Shown piece by piece: positions 1-10,610 of a stretch of 64,000 nucleotides of DNA (position 1 is the stretch's first letter; each line of letters opens with the position of its first letter). This DNA comes from Azolla caroliniana (Eukaryota; Plantae; Polypodiophyta): the NCBI GenBank assembly GCA_043228905.1, contig JBHGNT010000017.1, positions 17,608,001 to 17,672,000 of the forward strand, read 5' to 3'. The notes beneath the pieces were generated by a model. It was given only the letters and a program-made list of their open reading frames with translations. It made no database searches and had not been told where the DNA came from. The position numbers were made by a program, and so were the translations under genes.

Positions 1-152
1 CGGCTTTCTTCGCGTCTTCGCGGCTTCGTTGCGCGGTTCTCCGCGGCGGCTTTCTTTGCGGCGTTGCACGGCTTTCTTCGCGTCTTCGCGGCTTCGTTGA
101 GCGGCTCTCCGCGGCTTTGTTGTCCCCCTCAAGCCTGTGACGATGGCTTGGA

Positions 153-2864
153 TCCTCGGGCTCTTGTTCGACCACTACCTTCATTGTGAGGGCATAGTGA
201 TGGGCCATATACTCGTTGTAGGCGTAATGAGTGACTTGGGTCTTCGCTCGTGATGAGCGGCGGAGTTTCTCGTTTGTCGATGTGAGTGCCTTCTTTACTC
301 CGGGTGTCCTCATGATGGGTACACCGAACTCACTGTCTAGTGAGCGAGCTGAATCATCCGAATCACGGTCGTCGGGGTGGACCTCGACTTCGTATTCGGG
401 CATCTTACCTTTGCCTTTGTCCGATGTCGGACTTGGCCGCGATGTGTTTTCATCGCGTGGAGGCTCTTGTGGGCCAATTAGCTCGGTAGAGCTTGGATTG
501 TCCTTCGGTGGAGGACTTGGCCGAGTTTCGTCGTCTGAGTTGGCGTTCAACTCTTCCTCGATCGGGTCGGATGGAGTCGCATCGGGCTTATACCAAGATG
601 CTGATTCGTCGAAAACGACTTATCCGCACCGCTCGGGTCGAGGGGTTGAAGCACTTGTACGCCTTTTTCGTGGACAAGTATCCTATGAGGATACATTCTT
701 CCGACTTCGCGTCGGGCTTCTCTCGACTTTCGTTCGGGATGCGTACATTCGCAATGCTTCCGAACACCTTGAGGTGCGAGAGGATGGGCTTCCTTCCAAC
801 AAAGATCTTGTATGGAGTAAGCTCGTGCACGTTATTTCTGGTGCATCGATTCATGAGATAGACGGCCGTGGATGCCGCTTCCGCCCAATAGAAGTTCGGC
901 ATGTGCTTCTCACGCATCATGGCACGTGCTACCTCGAGTATTTGCCGATTCTTTCTCTCGGCTACTCCATTTTGTTGGGGAGTGTGTCGGCATGAGAATT
1001 CTCTACGAATGCCTTCACCTTGGAGGTAAGAGGTGAACTCGTCGGAGAAGTACTCCTTTCCTCCGTCTGATCGTAGGCATCGAATGTGCCGACCGGTTTC
1101 TTTCTCCACTTGGCTTTTGAGCCTTTGAAAGTGGGAGAGCACTTCACTCTTCTTCTTCATTGGGTATATCCACGTGTAGCGCGTGTGGTCGTCGATGAAG
1201 GTGACGTAGTAGCGGCATCCGCCGAGCATCGGCATTTGAGCCGGTCCCCGTACATCCGAGTGTATGACGTCGAGGAGGCCTTTGCTTGTGGAGCTCTCCT
1301 TCGGGAATGGGAGTCGATGTTGTTTGCCGAGTTGGCATGCTTCACACACTTGGTCGACTCGTTTCGATTCGAAGGCCGGGAGTCCGATTACGACTCCCTT
1401 TGACTGCATTCCGCGAAGCCGTTGGAGGTTTACGTGGCCGATTCGCTTGTGCCACAACTCGATGTTTGTCTCGGTCTTGAGACCTTTGGCGTACATGGCC
1501 GATTTTACCTCGTTTGAGTCAAGGATGAACAAGCGACTGTCTCTCCGTCCCATGGCTATGAGTCGGCCGTCTTTCTCGATGAAGCAACCTTCATTGTTGA
1601 AGCAGACTTGCATGCCTTGCTCCATGATTTGGTCGACCGAGACCAAATTCTTTGTTATTGTGGGCACGTGCAAGACATTCTTGATGCAAGTTTGCTCGCC
1701 TTCTTTCCCGAATGGGACATCGCCGATGTGCCGAATGGGATGCGGAGTGTCGTCTCTGGTCTCTATGTAGCCAGGTCGATCCGGCGTTCGCAAGTCGCGA
1801 AACCACTCTTGGTGTGACGTCATGTGGTGCGAGGCGCCGGAGTCTACGAACCACGCGTGTTCGGAGTTGGAGGTGCTAGCAGAGTTTGCGGGATCGGAGG
1901 CCATGATAGAGTTCGCTCTATGCCTCATCATGAAGAGTTTGCTCTATGCCTCATCATGAAGAGTCCGCCGTAGTTCTCGTATTCCACGTTCGCGGCGTAA
2001 TTTGTGAGTTGACGGCTTGTTGAGGCCGACTCGCTTCGTCTTTTTTGGCACTCCTCTTCGCGATGGCCGATTTTGCCGCAATAGTTGCACGTAGGTGGCG
2101 TCGTTCGCCAACCTTGTTCGGCGTGGAAGCTCCCCCTTCTTGTGAAGGTTCCTCGATGGCTTCTGTTTCCTTGCCGAAATTGTGAATTCCCTTCGTGGGA
2201 TAGGTCGAATTGACCTCTTCCGCGTCGACCTCGTCTATGGGCACCATCCGTATCGGAGGAGCATTTGTCCTTCCGATGTGTTGGTCTTTGGTTGAACGTG
2301 GTTTTCTTCGACCAATAAAATTGATTGGAGGTTGAAGAACGAGGGAGGGGTATCTCTCGCCAAGATTGCCGTTCTCAACGGGTTGAATCGTTGTGCGAGG
2401 CCGCCCAATCATACTTGCACCATCTCGTCCTCGTCGATGTTGACATTGATGGAGCCAAGAGAGTCGCAAATGCTCTTGATCTTGATGGTGTAGTCCGTCA
2501 CGAACATTTCTTTTTGTCGTATGTTGTTCAACTCTTGCCGGAGTTGAAGCTTGCACACGGATGTGTTCGCGGCGAAAATCTTCTTGAGATTTTCCCACAC
2601 CTCTTTGGGCGTCTTGGCGTCACAAATGTGGCTAAGCATGTGGTCGTTTACACATGTTGCCAAGCATTACATTACCCAACTCGCGCCTTGCTCCCACGTT
2701 GGGTAGTTGGCGTGTGTGGTTTCGGGTTTGTTTTCTTGTGCGTCGTTGATGTACCTCCAATACCCTTGGCCGACAAGGTATTGATTCATCTTGTACTCCC
2801 AAGATGAATAGTTGCTTCGGTCTAGCTTTTCGCTAGGGAGTGAGCTTCCCATTTGTTTGTTCAT
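153..2864 (-). pseudogene. Copia A gag-protease-integrase polyprotein, frameshifted
   Basis: ORF pieces 2667-2864, 2409-2663 and 588-1931 with in-frame stops and frameshifts, including a 26-bp tandem duplication at ~1909-1960. Confidence 0.9.
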
Positions 2865-3028
2865 GTTGATTGTTGTGTCTTCCGTTTTGTTTTTCTTCTC
2901 TTGGTCGCGTACACGTCCTTCGTAGCGGCACTACGATAGCGGATAGCGAATAGCCGGGATTTGTCGTCGGCGTCTCGAACACACAATCACGAATAAGCGA
3001 TGGGCTTAGTGGATTTCCTAAACCACGC

Positions 3029-3040
3029 GCTCTGATACCA
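3029..3040 (-). promoter_or_regulatory. Primer binding site for initiator tRNA-Met (Copia A)
   Basis: Plus strand GCTCTGATACCA equals minus strand TGGTATCAGAGC, directly abutting the LTR. Confidence 0.95.
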
Positions 3041-3482
3041 TGTTAAGTAATTAGGTAATTAACTAGGGTTAATTAGAGACTAATTATATGATTACGTTAA
3101 GCAGCGGAAGATTAGTATGATATGTGCGTGAGAGTGTGTGAGAGGAAGAGAGAGAGAGAGAGAGGAAGTTACACTTGAAGACAAAGATAAATGGGGGATG
3201 ATTGACTATATTGAAAAGTGTCATCAACTACAAAAATACCCACAATGAGGTATATATACAACCCATGTGCAAATGTGCACATGTGTGGGTAGAACATAGG
3301 TACTTATGTGTAAGTCCTACATTAAATGTACTAAGGAGTGGAGGATCTAGAATATCCCACTTAAGTACAAGGTCCTATTTAAAGGCTTAAGGTCAACACA
3401 TTTACTAGATTCGATCTAGGTAACTACTAAGTTACATGTGTTGACTAACTAGATTAAACTAGTTGAGCTTGATATCTCAACA
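3041..3482 (-). repeat. 5' LTR of Copia A (442 bp)
   Basis: TG...CA termini. The end GTTGAGCTTGATATCTCAACA resembles the Copia H LTR end GTTGAGCTTGCTTCTCAACA. Confidence 0.85.
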
Positions 3483-3891
3483 ATATTCAACAAACCCCAT
3501 TTTTTCAAACCAATTTGTAGAATTACATAATGACCTCTACCACAAGTCAAGACTTCTTAATGTAAGAAAGCAGAGCACCAAATGTCATTTATTGCAATGT
3601 AAAGTCCCGCCTTTAGATTATTATCCCTAGTTGTAGGCACCTAGAACTGTCTCCATTGGCATGGCAACAAATTTCCATATTTTTGTATCCTTTGTTCATT
3701 TAAATGATGCTCTTGAATAAGAAGAACATCAATTCTACCTATCAAAGACTTCCTTAACTGACGACGGAAAACACTCCTTACTTTAAGGTAATGTTTGCCT
3801 CCCAAGCCCCGTACATTCCATGAAATAATATTTAACCTATTCATCATTCATGTTTTGCACTCCTACTCTCCTTTTGGTAAGTGCAACGTCT
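3483..3891 (-). pseudogene. L1-like LINE: end of ORF1 and N-terminus of ORF2 (APE endonuclease)
   Basis: ORF 3641-3847 has IISWNVRGL and DVLLIQEHH endonuclease motifs. ORF1 from 37504-38900 reads in frame into 3891-3837 once element B is removed. Confidence 0.85.
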
Positions 3892-3896
3892 CTACT

Positions 3897-4267
3897 TGTC
3901 ATAGACATATGCCACAGAGGAAGGTAGGGATTGAACCCAATGACTCATGGTCTCTATTGGGCAAACCCTACCACTTGAGCTACATATGCATCCTTGTATT
4001 TAATTCAACTTTATATAGTGTAGATTGATCATTGGAAGTTCCTAGCTTACATGCATTCTCATTCTCTAGTTGCATGCATCCTCATGCACTCTATTTCTAG
4101 TTGGATTACATAGCCCTACTCTCTTGTATAAATACTCATGTGCACCTTGATTCTAATCAAGGTGAACAACACAAGTTACGGATTCTATAAGTTGAGTTCT
4201 TGTTCTTTTCCTCTCTCTTGTTCTCCAGTATTATCTTTGTTCTACTCTATTATACTTGTCCATGACA
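3897..4267 (+). repeat. 5' LTR of chromovirus B
   Basis: TGTCA...TGACA termini; TATAAATA at 4127; matches 37101-37498. Confidence 0.93.
3917..3985 (-). promoter_or_regulatory. tRNA-like Pol III A/B-box module in the B LTR, antisense
   Basis: Minus strand TAGCTCAAGTGGTAGGG ... GGTTCAATCCC; repeated in the 3' LTR. Confidence 0.7.
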
Positions 4268-4295
4268 GTTTGTTCACCTTCCTTTTCTTGCTACC

Positions 4296-5324
4296 ATGTC
4301 TGGCTCCGTCGACAACCTAAACCAAATCATGGCAGCCTTGCAACAACTTCAACTGGAGAATGAAATCCTTCAGGAATCATTACGAGAGTTGCAATCAGGC
4401 ACTTCAAGAAATCCACTAGCCGCCGAGTCACAACCACCGTCGACACCTAGCCTGACCATGTCCTCTTCTCATCCATATGTCCTCGAACCAACCATCAGCC
4501 TACGTGACAAATTCAATGGCACGAGGGTGTATCTTCGCGGTTTCATCAACCAAATTCAGCTTATCATCCGATTACAGCCCCAATGGTATGCTAGCGACTT
4601 TTCTCGGGTTGGGCTTGTCGGCACGCTTCTCTTTGGGCCGGCGCAAGCGTGGTTTGCACCCTTGATCGAGACCTCATCCCCTCTCTTGGAGGACTTCACC
4701 GCTTTCATGGAGGAGCTCGAAGCGACATTTGGTGAGACAAATCGGCGGCAAATGGCACTCACAAAGCTTTATTCTGTCCAACAAGGTTCACGTCCTGCCT
4801 CGATCTACGCCTCAATGTTCCGCCAAATTGCCTACGATGTTAGTTGGGATCACCAAGCCCTATGCGACCATTTCCGTCGTGGTCTCTGAAATGACGTCAA
4901 GACTCTTCTCTTAAACTTCCCGGAGCCCACATCATTGTCTCAGGTAATCTCCCAAGCTGTCCAGTGTGACAATCATCTTTTCGAACTTCGTCAAGAAGAA
5001 CGGGGGACTCGTGGGTCTCAGGCTTCTTCTTGGAACGCAACAATCACCAGGCCCTACTTGTCGCCCATGCCAACCTTACCATCAGCCAGTGAAACCCATA
5101 CCACAATGGAGGTTGATTCCCATACCCCGATGGAGATCGACCATGCTCGGTTCCAACCACTAACTAAAGGCCAACGCCAACATCGTTGGGACAATGGCCT
5201 TTGTCGCTATTGTGGCAACCCCGGCCATGTCATTCGTCACTGCCCTGTGCGAGGCCCTCGACACCAATTCCATTGTGCATGTCTTGCGGAGGTTCCTTGA
5301 CAACTGGAAAACGACCAAGTCTGA
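4296..5324 (+). pseudogene. gag: Chromovirus B gag
   Basis: Coiled-coil N-terminus, capsid region (KFNG..LRGFINQ), zinc knuckle [14 protein letters not shown]; premature TGA codons at 4887 and 5298. Confidence 0.9.
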
Positions 5325-6176
5325 CTGCAGTAGGAGCCACACCGCTGGACGCTTCCCGTTACTCACGTTCTCCATGCTCCTACAAGTCTGAACTGCCATT
5401 AGGAGGGTTTTCTTTGCAAGTAAGTCTTTGTTTGGGTTCGACTTCAATACATTCTCATGCCTTGCTCGACGCTGGAGCATCTACTTGCTTTATCGATAAA
5501 TCGTTTGTATACACACATAATATCGCCACCGTCTGCACATCACAACCCATATCCGTTGAAGCGATCGACGGTCGGCTTCTCTCATCGGGGGCGGTTACCG
5601 AAGCCACTATCCCGTTGGTACTTCAAATCGGGGCACACCAGGAGGAACTGATGTTCTACCTCATCGTGACCCTTCGACATCCGATTGTGTTGGGGTTATC
5701 TTGGTTGGAGACACACAATCCAACGGTGGATTGGTGTAGCTGCTCCATCACTTTTCCAACAACGCCAATTCCTGCTCGGTCTCGACACTCTCTTGATTCT
5801 GTTGCGGTCGAGTTCGGTTTGGTCGCTACACTGGCCGTTGTGTCGGGGAACGTCACCGTTCCTATCACCAATTTAACCATCCGATATAGCAACTTTTCCG
5901 ACATCTTCAAAAAGCGGAATGCCGATCGATTACCGGATCATCACCCCTACAATTGCCCAATAGAACTCCAAGATGGCGAGCATCCCCCATTCGGTCCTAT
6001 CTATGGGTTATTCGAACCTGAACTTGAGGCTCTCTGCACATATTTGGCTGAGAATCTCGCGAAGGGCTTCATTCAACCCTCCAAATCACCGGCCGGGGCA
6101 CCAATCTTATTTGTCAAAAAGAAGGACGGCTCCTTACACTTATGTGTCGATTATCGGGGTCTCAACAAAGTTACGG
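5306..6176 (+). pseudogene. pol: Chromovirus B pol segment 1 (protease and start of RT)
   Basis: [12 protein letters not shown]; [30 protein letters not shown], cut by element C. Confidence 0.92.
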
Positions 6177-6220
6177 TGTCGTGAAGATTCCGGGCCATAG
6201 GGAGAAACAAGGTGAAATGC

Positions 6221-7299
6221 TATCGTGAAGATCCGTCACTACGCGCGGATCGTGAGGCGGAACCGCCGGGGTTCTGGACCAGAAGGATTTAGAGTCGATA
6301 CAAGCTTTGGCGAGAAAGTACTTAAGATAGATTGGGAAAGAGAGAAGTTGAGATTAAACGATTGAGAAAGATTGATTGAACTTTTTATCTTTGGATTTAA
6401 AAAACAAGTTACACCATCAATTTGATAACGAATTTCTTCTTCTTAATTTCATAATAAAAAAAAACCGTCTTTTTTTCTCCTCCCCCTTCCCTCTTTTATA
6501 GATGCTCTCATCCATATGATGCATGTGAGGGTACAAGACATGCATAAATTGCATGTTTGCCATTTGGCGCTTATGTATTACATGTGGTGCATGATAACCA
6601 TGTCACTCATTTTAGTTCTCATGTATGAGAATTTACATGTAAAAGTACAATGATAGAAATATAATTTCAACTAAATAGCATGGCTTAATGGTAAGCCAAT
6701 TGACTCCTAACTTGGAGGTGCAAGGTTCGAATCCTTACTTGCCCTCCTTGTATATGTAAATATGTATATATATTTATTTATCTAGTCGCCGGACGCCGGT
6801 TCCCCGGATACTGTCGCCGGATGCCGTTGGTTACCGGTGCGTCGCCGGATACCGGTGCCGCCGTCACCAGATTGCCGTCGGATGCCGTGGATCACCGGCT
6901 CCATCGCCGGTCCGGTTTTGGTTGGCCAAAACCCTTTACGAGTAGCTAGCCCACCTCCACTCTTAGTTTAAGTTACCTTGAACTCTCTATGCTCCACACA
7001 TAGACACAAAGATAATATCTTTTGCTCCACCTTATATATGATGAGAGCTCTATTTGTCGTGCCTATGTGGGATATCTCACAATTTTCTCCTTTCCTTTTA
7101 CAAACTTTATACCCTCATATCTTGACATTTAGTTGTCCGTTTCTCGTGTAATAAAGTGCATTCGAAACCTCCATCATTTTGTACTTAGATATTAAATCTA
7201 TTTAAAATGTTATCTTCACAATTATTGTACTATGTGATTCATACTCGATTTCGTACGTTTTATGGGATTTTCACACTATTGCCGAAAATCTTCACGACA
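6221..7299 (-). mobile_element. Solo LTR (~1.08 kb) of a C-related family, inserted in C's 5' LTR
   Basis: Termini TATCGTGAAGAT...AATCTTCACGACA; TSD ATGC/ACGC; the empty site is visible in C's 3' LTR (GAAATGC ACAGGAACACC); minus-strand TATA at ~6500. Confidence 0.82.
6675..6745 (+). promoter_or_regulatory. tRNA-like Pol III A/B-box module inside the solo LTR, antisense to that LTR
   Basis: TGGCTTAATGGTAAGC (D-stem GCTT/AAGC), loop CTCCTAA, CAAGGTTCGAATCCTTA (T-arm); no acceptor stem. Confidence 0.75.
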
Positions 7300-7988
7300 A
7301 CGCATAGGAACACCGGTTTACGTGAGTGCACGCCTCGAGGGAATTAAATAGGAAAAGTACTAGGCATGAGTATAGGGAGGGGTACTAGGTAGTTAGAGCA
7401 TAGACATCGCATAAGTAGGGAGAGTTACGAGGAGAGTAAATCAGGGGAGAGAATCTAGGACAAAAGTGATGGGTCATGAATGCTTGTAACGGTCGCTCCT
7501 TGAGCTATAAAATGGGCGACCTTTGATTGTCTTCGGGATGCCATTAAGAGGAAAGGATACACAGAGAAAGACCGAGGACTGTCCGCAGAAGAAGGCGCTT
7601 CCCCTTTGCTCGCGTCAGACGCCTGAGTGCTCCTGACCTGGGGATCGACCTTCTGCGCACTGATGTCTCTTTGTACTTGGCTATTTGCCAAGCTCCGCGC
7701 TCCATCACCGGCTCTGATCCGGCTGTAACCACTCACAACACCGTGCACCTGTGTTTTAATAGAACTCTTTCTACCTCACATACTTCGTTCTCAGTGTCTT
7801 TGTCCGTGTCTGTGTCTACGCATGACTCTCTTGCGCTCTCTTGTTCGCTAGACTTACCCGCCCTCCCATGGTCTCAAGACCTACGCGGTCCCCAAACTCC
7901 TCCCTCCTCGTTTTCCTGATTCCTTGGTTCGAGATCCCTGTGGTCCTGCCCGACTTCTACGCATTCGCGAGGATTTCCTCGACATCTT

Positions 7989-8006
7989 TGGTGAACCCGA
8001 CGTGAA
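7989..8006 (+). promoter_or_regulatory. Primer binding site for tRNA-Trp (element C)
   Basis: TGGTGAACCCGACGTGAA, 4 nt after the LTR; complementary to the 3' end of plant cytosolic tRNA-Trp(CCA) as recalled. Confidence 0.8.
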
Positions 8007-8030
8007 AAAGGGCGGCAAAGGATTCTGGAG

Positions 8031-8963
8031 ATGAGAGGAAGTGAAGTTGCAGAAGCGATGGCGGTGGCGGTAGACCGCCTGGTTAGTGCTCGCGAGGGCG
8101 AGAGTGCCCTCGACCGGGCCATAGAGGCAACAATCGGCAAGATAGGCCGGTTCGGCGGAAAGGACGCCACGAGTTACTTAGAGGCCTACAAATCTGAAAT
8201 GCAGATGAGGGACATACCCAAAGATAGACGACTAGCGGGGTTTCCTCGGGTTGTAACACCACACATCCATATAGAGATGGTCGAGATACAAGCGGGCAGT
8301 CACGATTGGGCAAAGTTCGCAAAGGAAGTTCTTGAGAGGTACAACTATGATGATTCGCTCTAGCTATTGAGAAAGGATTTTATGGATTGGGTCAACAACC
8401 CCGATAAGGGTCAGAACGCTTCTGTGCTCCTCCAGGAGTTCGAGTCACGGTTCGTACGACTCTCTAGGTTGGACCGAACCGTGCTCGAAACGAGCAAGGT
8501 TCTATTTTTTGTCACTTCGTTCGACTCATGCGTCCGGGAAAGCGTGGGTCCTCTTCTGAAAACCAACCGAGGCCTCACGACTGACTGGGTGACTGTCAAG
8601 GAAGTATGTAGCAGGATTGACAAACACCAGGACTGGAAAGAAAAGGGGTCCTCGTCGGTTGGACCGACTGTCGAAATCAGGGCCGAACCAACGCCGACCT
8701 GAATGGAAGAAATGAGGAGGTGGCTCGAGCTAGGCCCACCCCCGGTGAACATAGTCACGGGACCTACAGGTGGCGCCGGACTAGAAGAGCTGAAAAGGAT
8801 GGTGCGCAACCTCCAGATCGCCTAGGCTCGACGAAGCGACGAAGGTCATTCGTGTGACCGGCGACCACTGGCCAATCAGAGGTGCGTATGGTGCGACGCC
8901 ACCGGACATGCCCAGAGAGAATGCGCTGACTTCGGAGAAGCGCTCAGGAGTAATGTAGTCTAC
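8031..8963 (+). pseudogene. gag: Element C gag, N-terminal part
   Basis: IGRFGGKDATSYL and zinc knuckle CVWCDATGHAQREC; in-frame stops; interrupted by D. Confidence 0.8.
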
Positions 8964-8985
8964 TGTCATGAACACATGACCATTA

Positions 8986-9055
8986 TGGCGTCACCCGGAC
9001 TTGAACCTCGAACCTTGTAATTCATACTTGAAAACCTCAACCATTAAGATAGCTT
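8986..9055 (-). promoter_or_regulatory. tRNA-like A/B-box module in the D LTR, antisense
   Basis: Minus strand TATCTTAATGGTTGAG ... GGTTCAAGTCCGGGTGACGCCA, ending in CCA. Confidence 0.65.
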
Positions 9056-9121
9056 ATTGTTATATGAAACAATAAAAGCTACTTCTTGTATTACATTGAT
9101 TATTGTAAAAACTCTAGATTA

Positions 9122-9185
9122 TTCTAGAATGTTCTAGAATGTCCTAGAGCATTCTAGGTCTAAAACATTCTAGAACATTCTAGAA
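9122..9185. promoter_or_regulatory. Heat-shock elements in D U3
   Basis: TTCtaGAAtgTTCtaGAA (9122-9139) and TTCtaGAAcaTTCtaGAA (9168-9185), just upstream of the TATA box. Confidence 0.7.
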
Positions 9186-9381
9186 ATCTCTAAGCTATTC
9201 TATAGGAACCTATAAATAAGCGCATACATGTATTCTCAAATCAATTCGAATCAACACCAGTCTTTAGCTCTCATTACATATCTTGTATCCATTCTCTTTC
9301 TTTCTCTATCTTATACATCCATTCTTCTCTATCCTTCTTCCATCACTCTATCTTTTATCCTTGGTTCTGACAGTTTGATTC

Positions 9382-9421
<40 letters not shown>

Positions 9422-9446
9422 CCTCCTTTGTAACCATCCTGAAACC

Positions 9447-10610
9447 ATGGCTGCCATTAACTCAGAAGAATATCTCACCCTTGTTGCAGAAATGGAGAAC
9501 CTTAAATCCAAGTTCGCATCTCTTGAAGTAGAGAATCAATGTCTACTTGGGGATCTACAAAAGGTTACTATAGAGAAGCAACAACAACAAGAGGAGTTCA
9601 CGCGACGAGTGCAACAGTTAGAGTCGACAATCGTCGTGTTACAACAACAAAGGGTTGAAGGTCATGGACTTATCAAGGAGCCCAAAATTAGCCTCCCAGC
9701 TAAATTTGATGGGTCGAGGGCGCATTTCCGAGGTTTTTTGAATCAAGTACGGTTGGTGATTCAAATGCATCCCGCACGTTATCCAACAGATGCATCACGA
9801 GTCGGGCTAGTGGGCACTTTATTGACTGGCATAGCGTTGTCGTGGTTTGCTCCATTGCTAGAGACCAATTCTCCTCTACTGAATAATTTCGAGGAATTTA
9901 TCAAGGAATTTAAGGCTTGTTTCAGAGATACTGATGGGGCGAGAACAACTATCAACAAGATTCGTACACTTCGTCAAGGTGATCAACCAGCTTCAACATA
10001 TGCTGCCAATTTCCGTCTCATCGCAAGCGATATTCCTTGGGATGAACAAGCCCTAATGGAGCAATTCCGTTCAGGCCTTCGTAGTGATGTCAAAGACTTA
10101 CTTCTTACCTTCCCCGAGGATCCAAGGTCACTTACAGAAGCTATTAGTCAAGCAATACGGTGTGATAATCGCCTTTTTGAGCGTCGATGTGAGCGACAAC
10201 AACAAATAACAAGATCTAGATTCACACCAACTTATGCATCAGTAACGGCGCAATCATCCCCAGGGCAAATGTATAGCCCTGCTCCAACTCCAAGGCAAAC
10301 ACGTAGTCCAGTCCCAATGGATAGTCCTACACCCATGGAGATCGATATGACTCAACGACGAGGACCGTTGTCAGACGAAGAGAAGCGACGTCGTCGAGCA
10401 AACCATCTGTGCTTATATTGTGGAGGTCCAGGACATATAGCCATTCATTGCTCCCGTAGGCCAAGACGTCAGGTAAATCAAATTCACTATGACAATAAAA
10501 ATGAGTCCAACATTTTAGAAGTAGTTAGTGAATCTAATATTATGAATAATCCACCCTTGTTCAATAAATTTGAAGTCCTAAGCCAATTAGAAGAGGAGTC
10601 AAACGAATAA
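9447..10610 (+). CDS. gag: Chromovirus D Gag
   Basis: Intact ORF from ATG 9447 (ACCATGG context): coiled coil, capsid, CLYCGGPGHIAIHC knuckle. Confidence 0.92.
   Translation: MAAINSEEYLTLVAEMENLKSKFASLEVENQCLLGDLQKVTIEKQQQQEEFTRRVQQLESTIVVLQQQRVEGHGLIKEPKISLPAKFDGSRAHFRGFLNQVRLVIQMHPARYPTDASRVGLVGTLLTGIALSWFAPLLETNSPLLNNFEEFIKEFKACFRDTDGARTTINKIRTLRQGDQPASTYAANFRLIASDIPWDEQALMEQFRSGLRSDVKDLLLTFPEDPRSLTEAISQAIRCDNRLFERRCERQQQITRSRFTPTYASVTAQSSPGQMYSPAPTPRQTRSPVPMDSPTPMEIDMTQRRGPLSDEEKRRRRANHLCLYCGGPGHIAIHCSRRPRRQVNQIHYDNKNESNILEVVSESNIMNNPPLFNKFEVLSQLEEESNE

Larger units (their letters stand above)
1..3482 (-). mobile_element. Ty1/Copia LTR retrotransposon A, degenerate; 3' end outside the window; inserted in LINE ORF2
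   Basis: LTR 3041-3482 and Met-i PBS. Gag (EKLDRSNYSSWEY), protease (WFVDSGASHHM), GAG-pre-integrase (LWHKRIGH..CEAC) and integrase (LRSDGGKEY..QQNGVAERKN) occur in Copia order. Confidence 0.95.
8964..9372 (+). repeat. 5' LTR of D
   Basis: TGTCA...TGACA termini; TATAAATA at 9211. Confidence 0.96.

Noticed and set aside
231-995. 254-aa plus-strand ORF
   Set aside because: Antisense shadow of the GC-rich Copia A integrase and linker; the same applies to the many antisense ORFs over C, E and F.
6675-6745. Functional tRNA-Arg(CCT) gene (and tRNA genes in the B, D and G LTRs)
   Set aside because: Acceptor and anticodon stems do not pair; kept only as tRNA-like promoter modules.
9228-9446. Hydrophobic N-terminal extension of D Gag (signal or transmembrane)
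   Set aside because: It starts in the LTR upstream of the predicted start site and translates CT-rich U5 and microsatellite; homologues B and G start at the equivalent of 9447.
9447-10610. Domesticated PEG10/RTL-like host gene
   Set aside because: It lies between near-identical LTRs with a TSD, so it is an ordinary retrotransposon gag.
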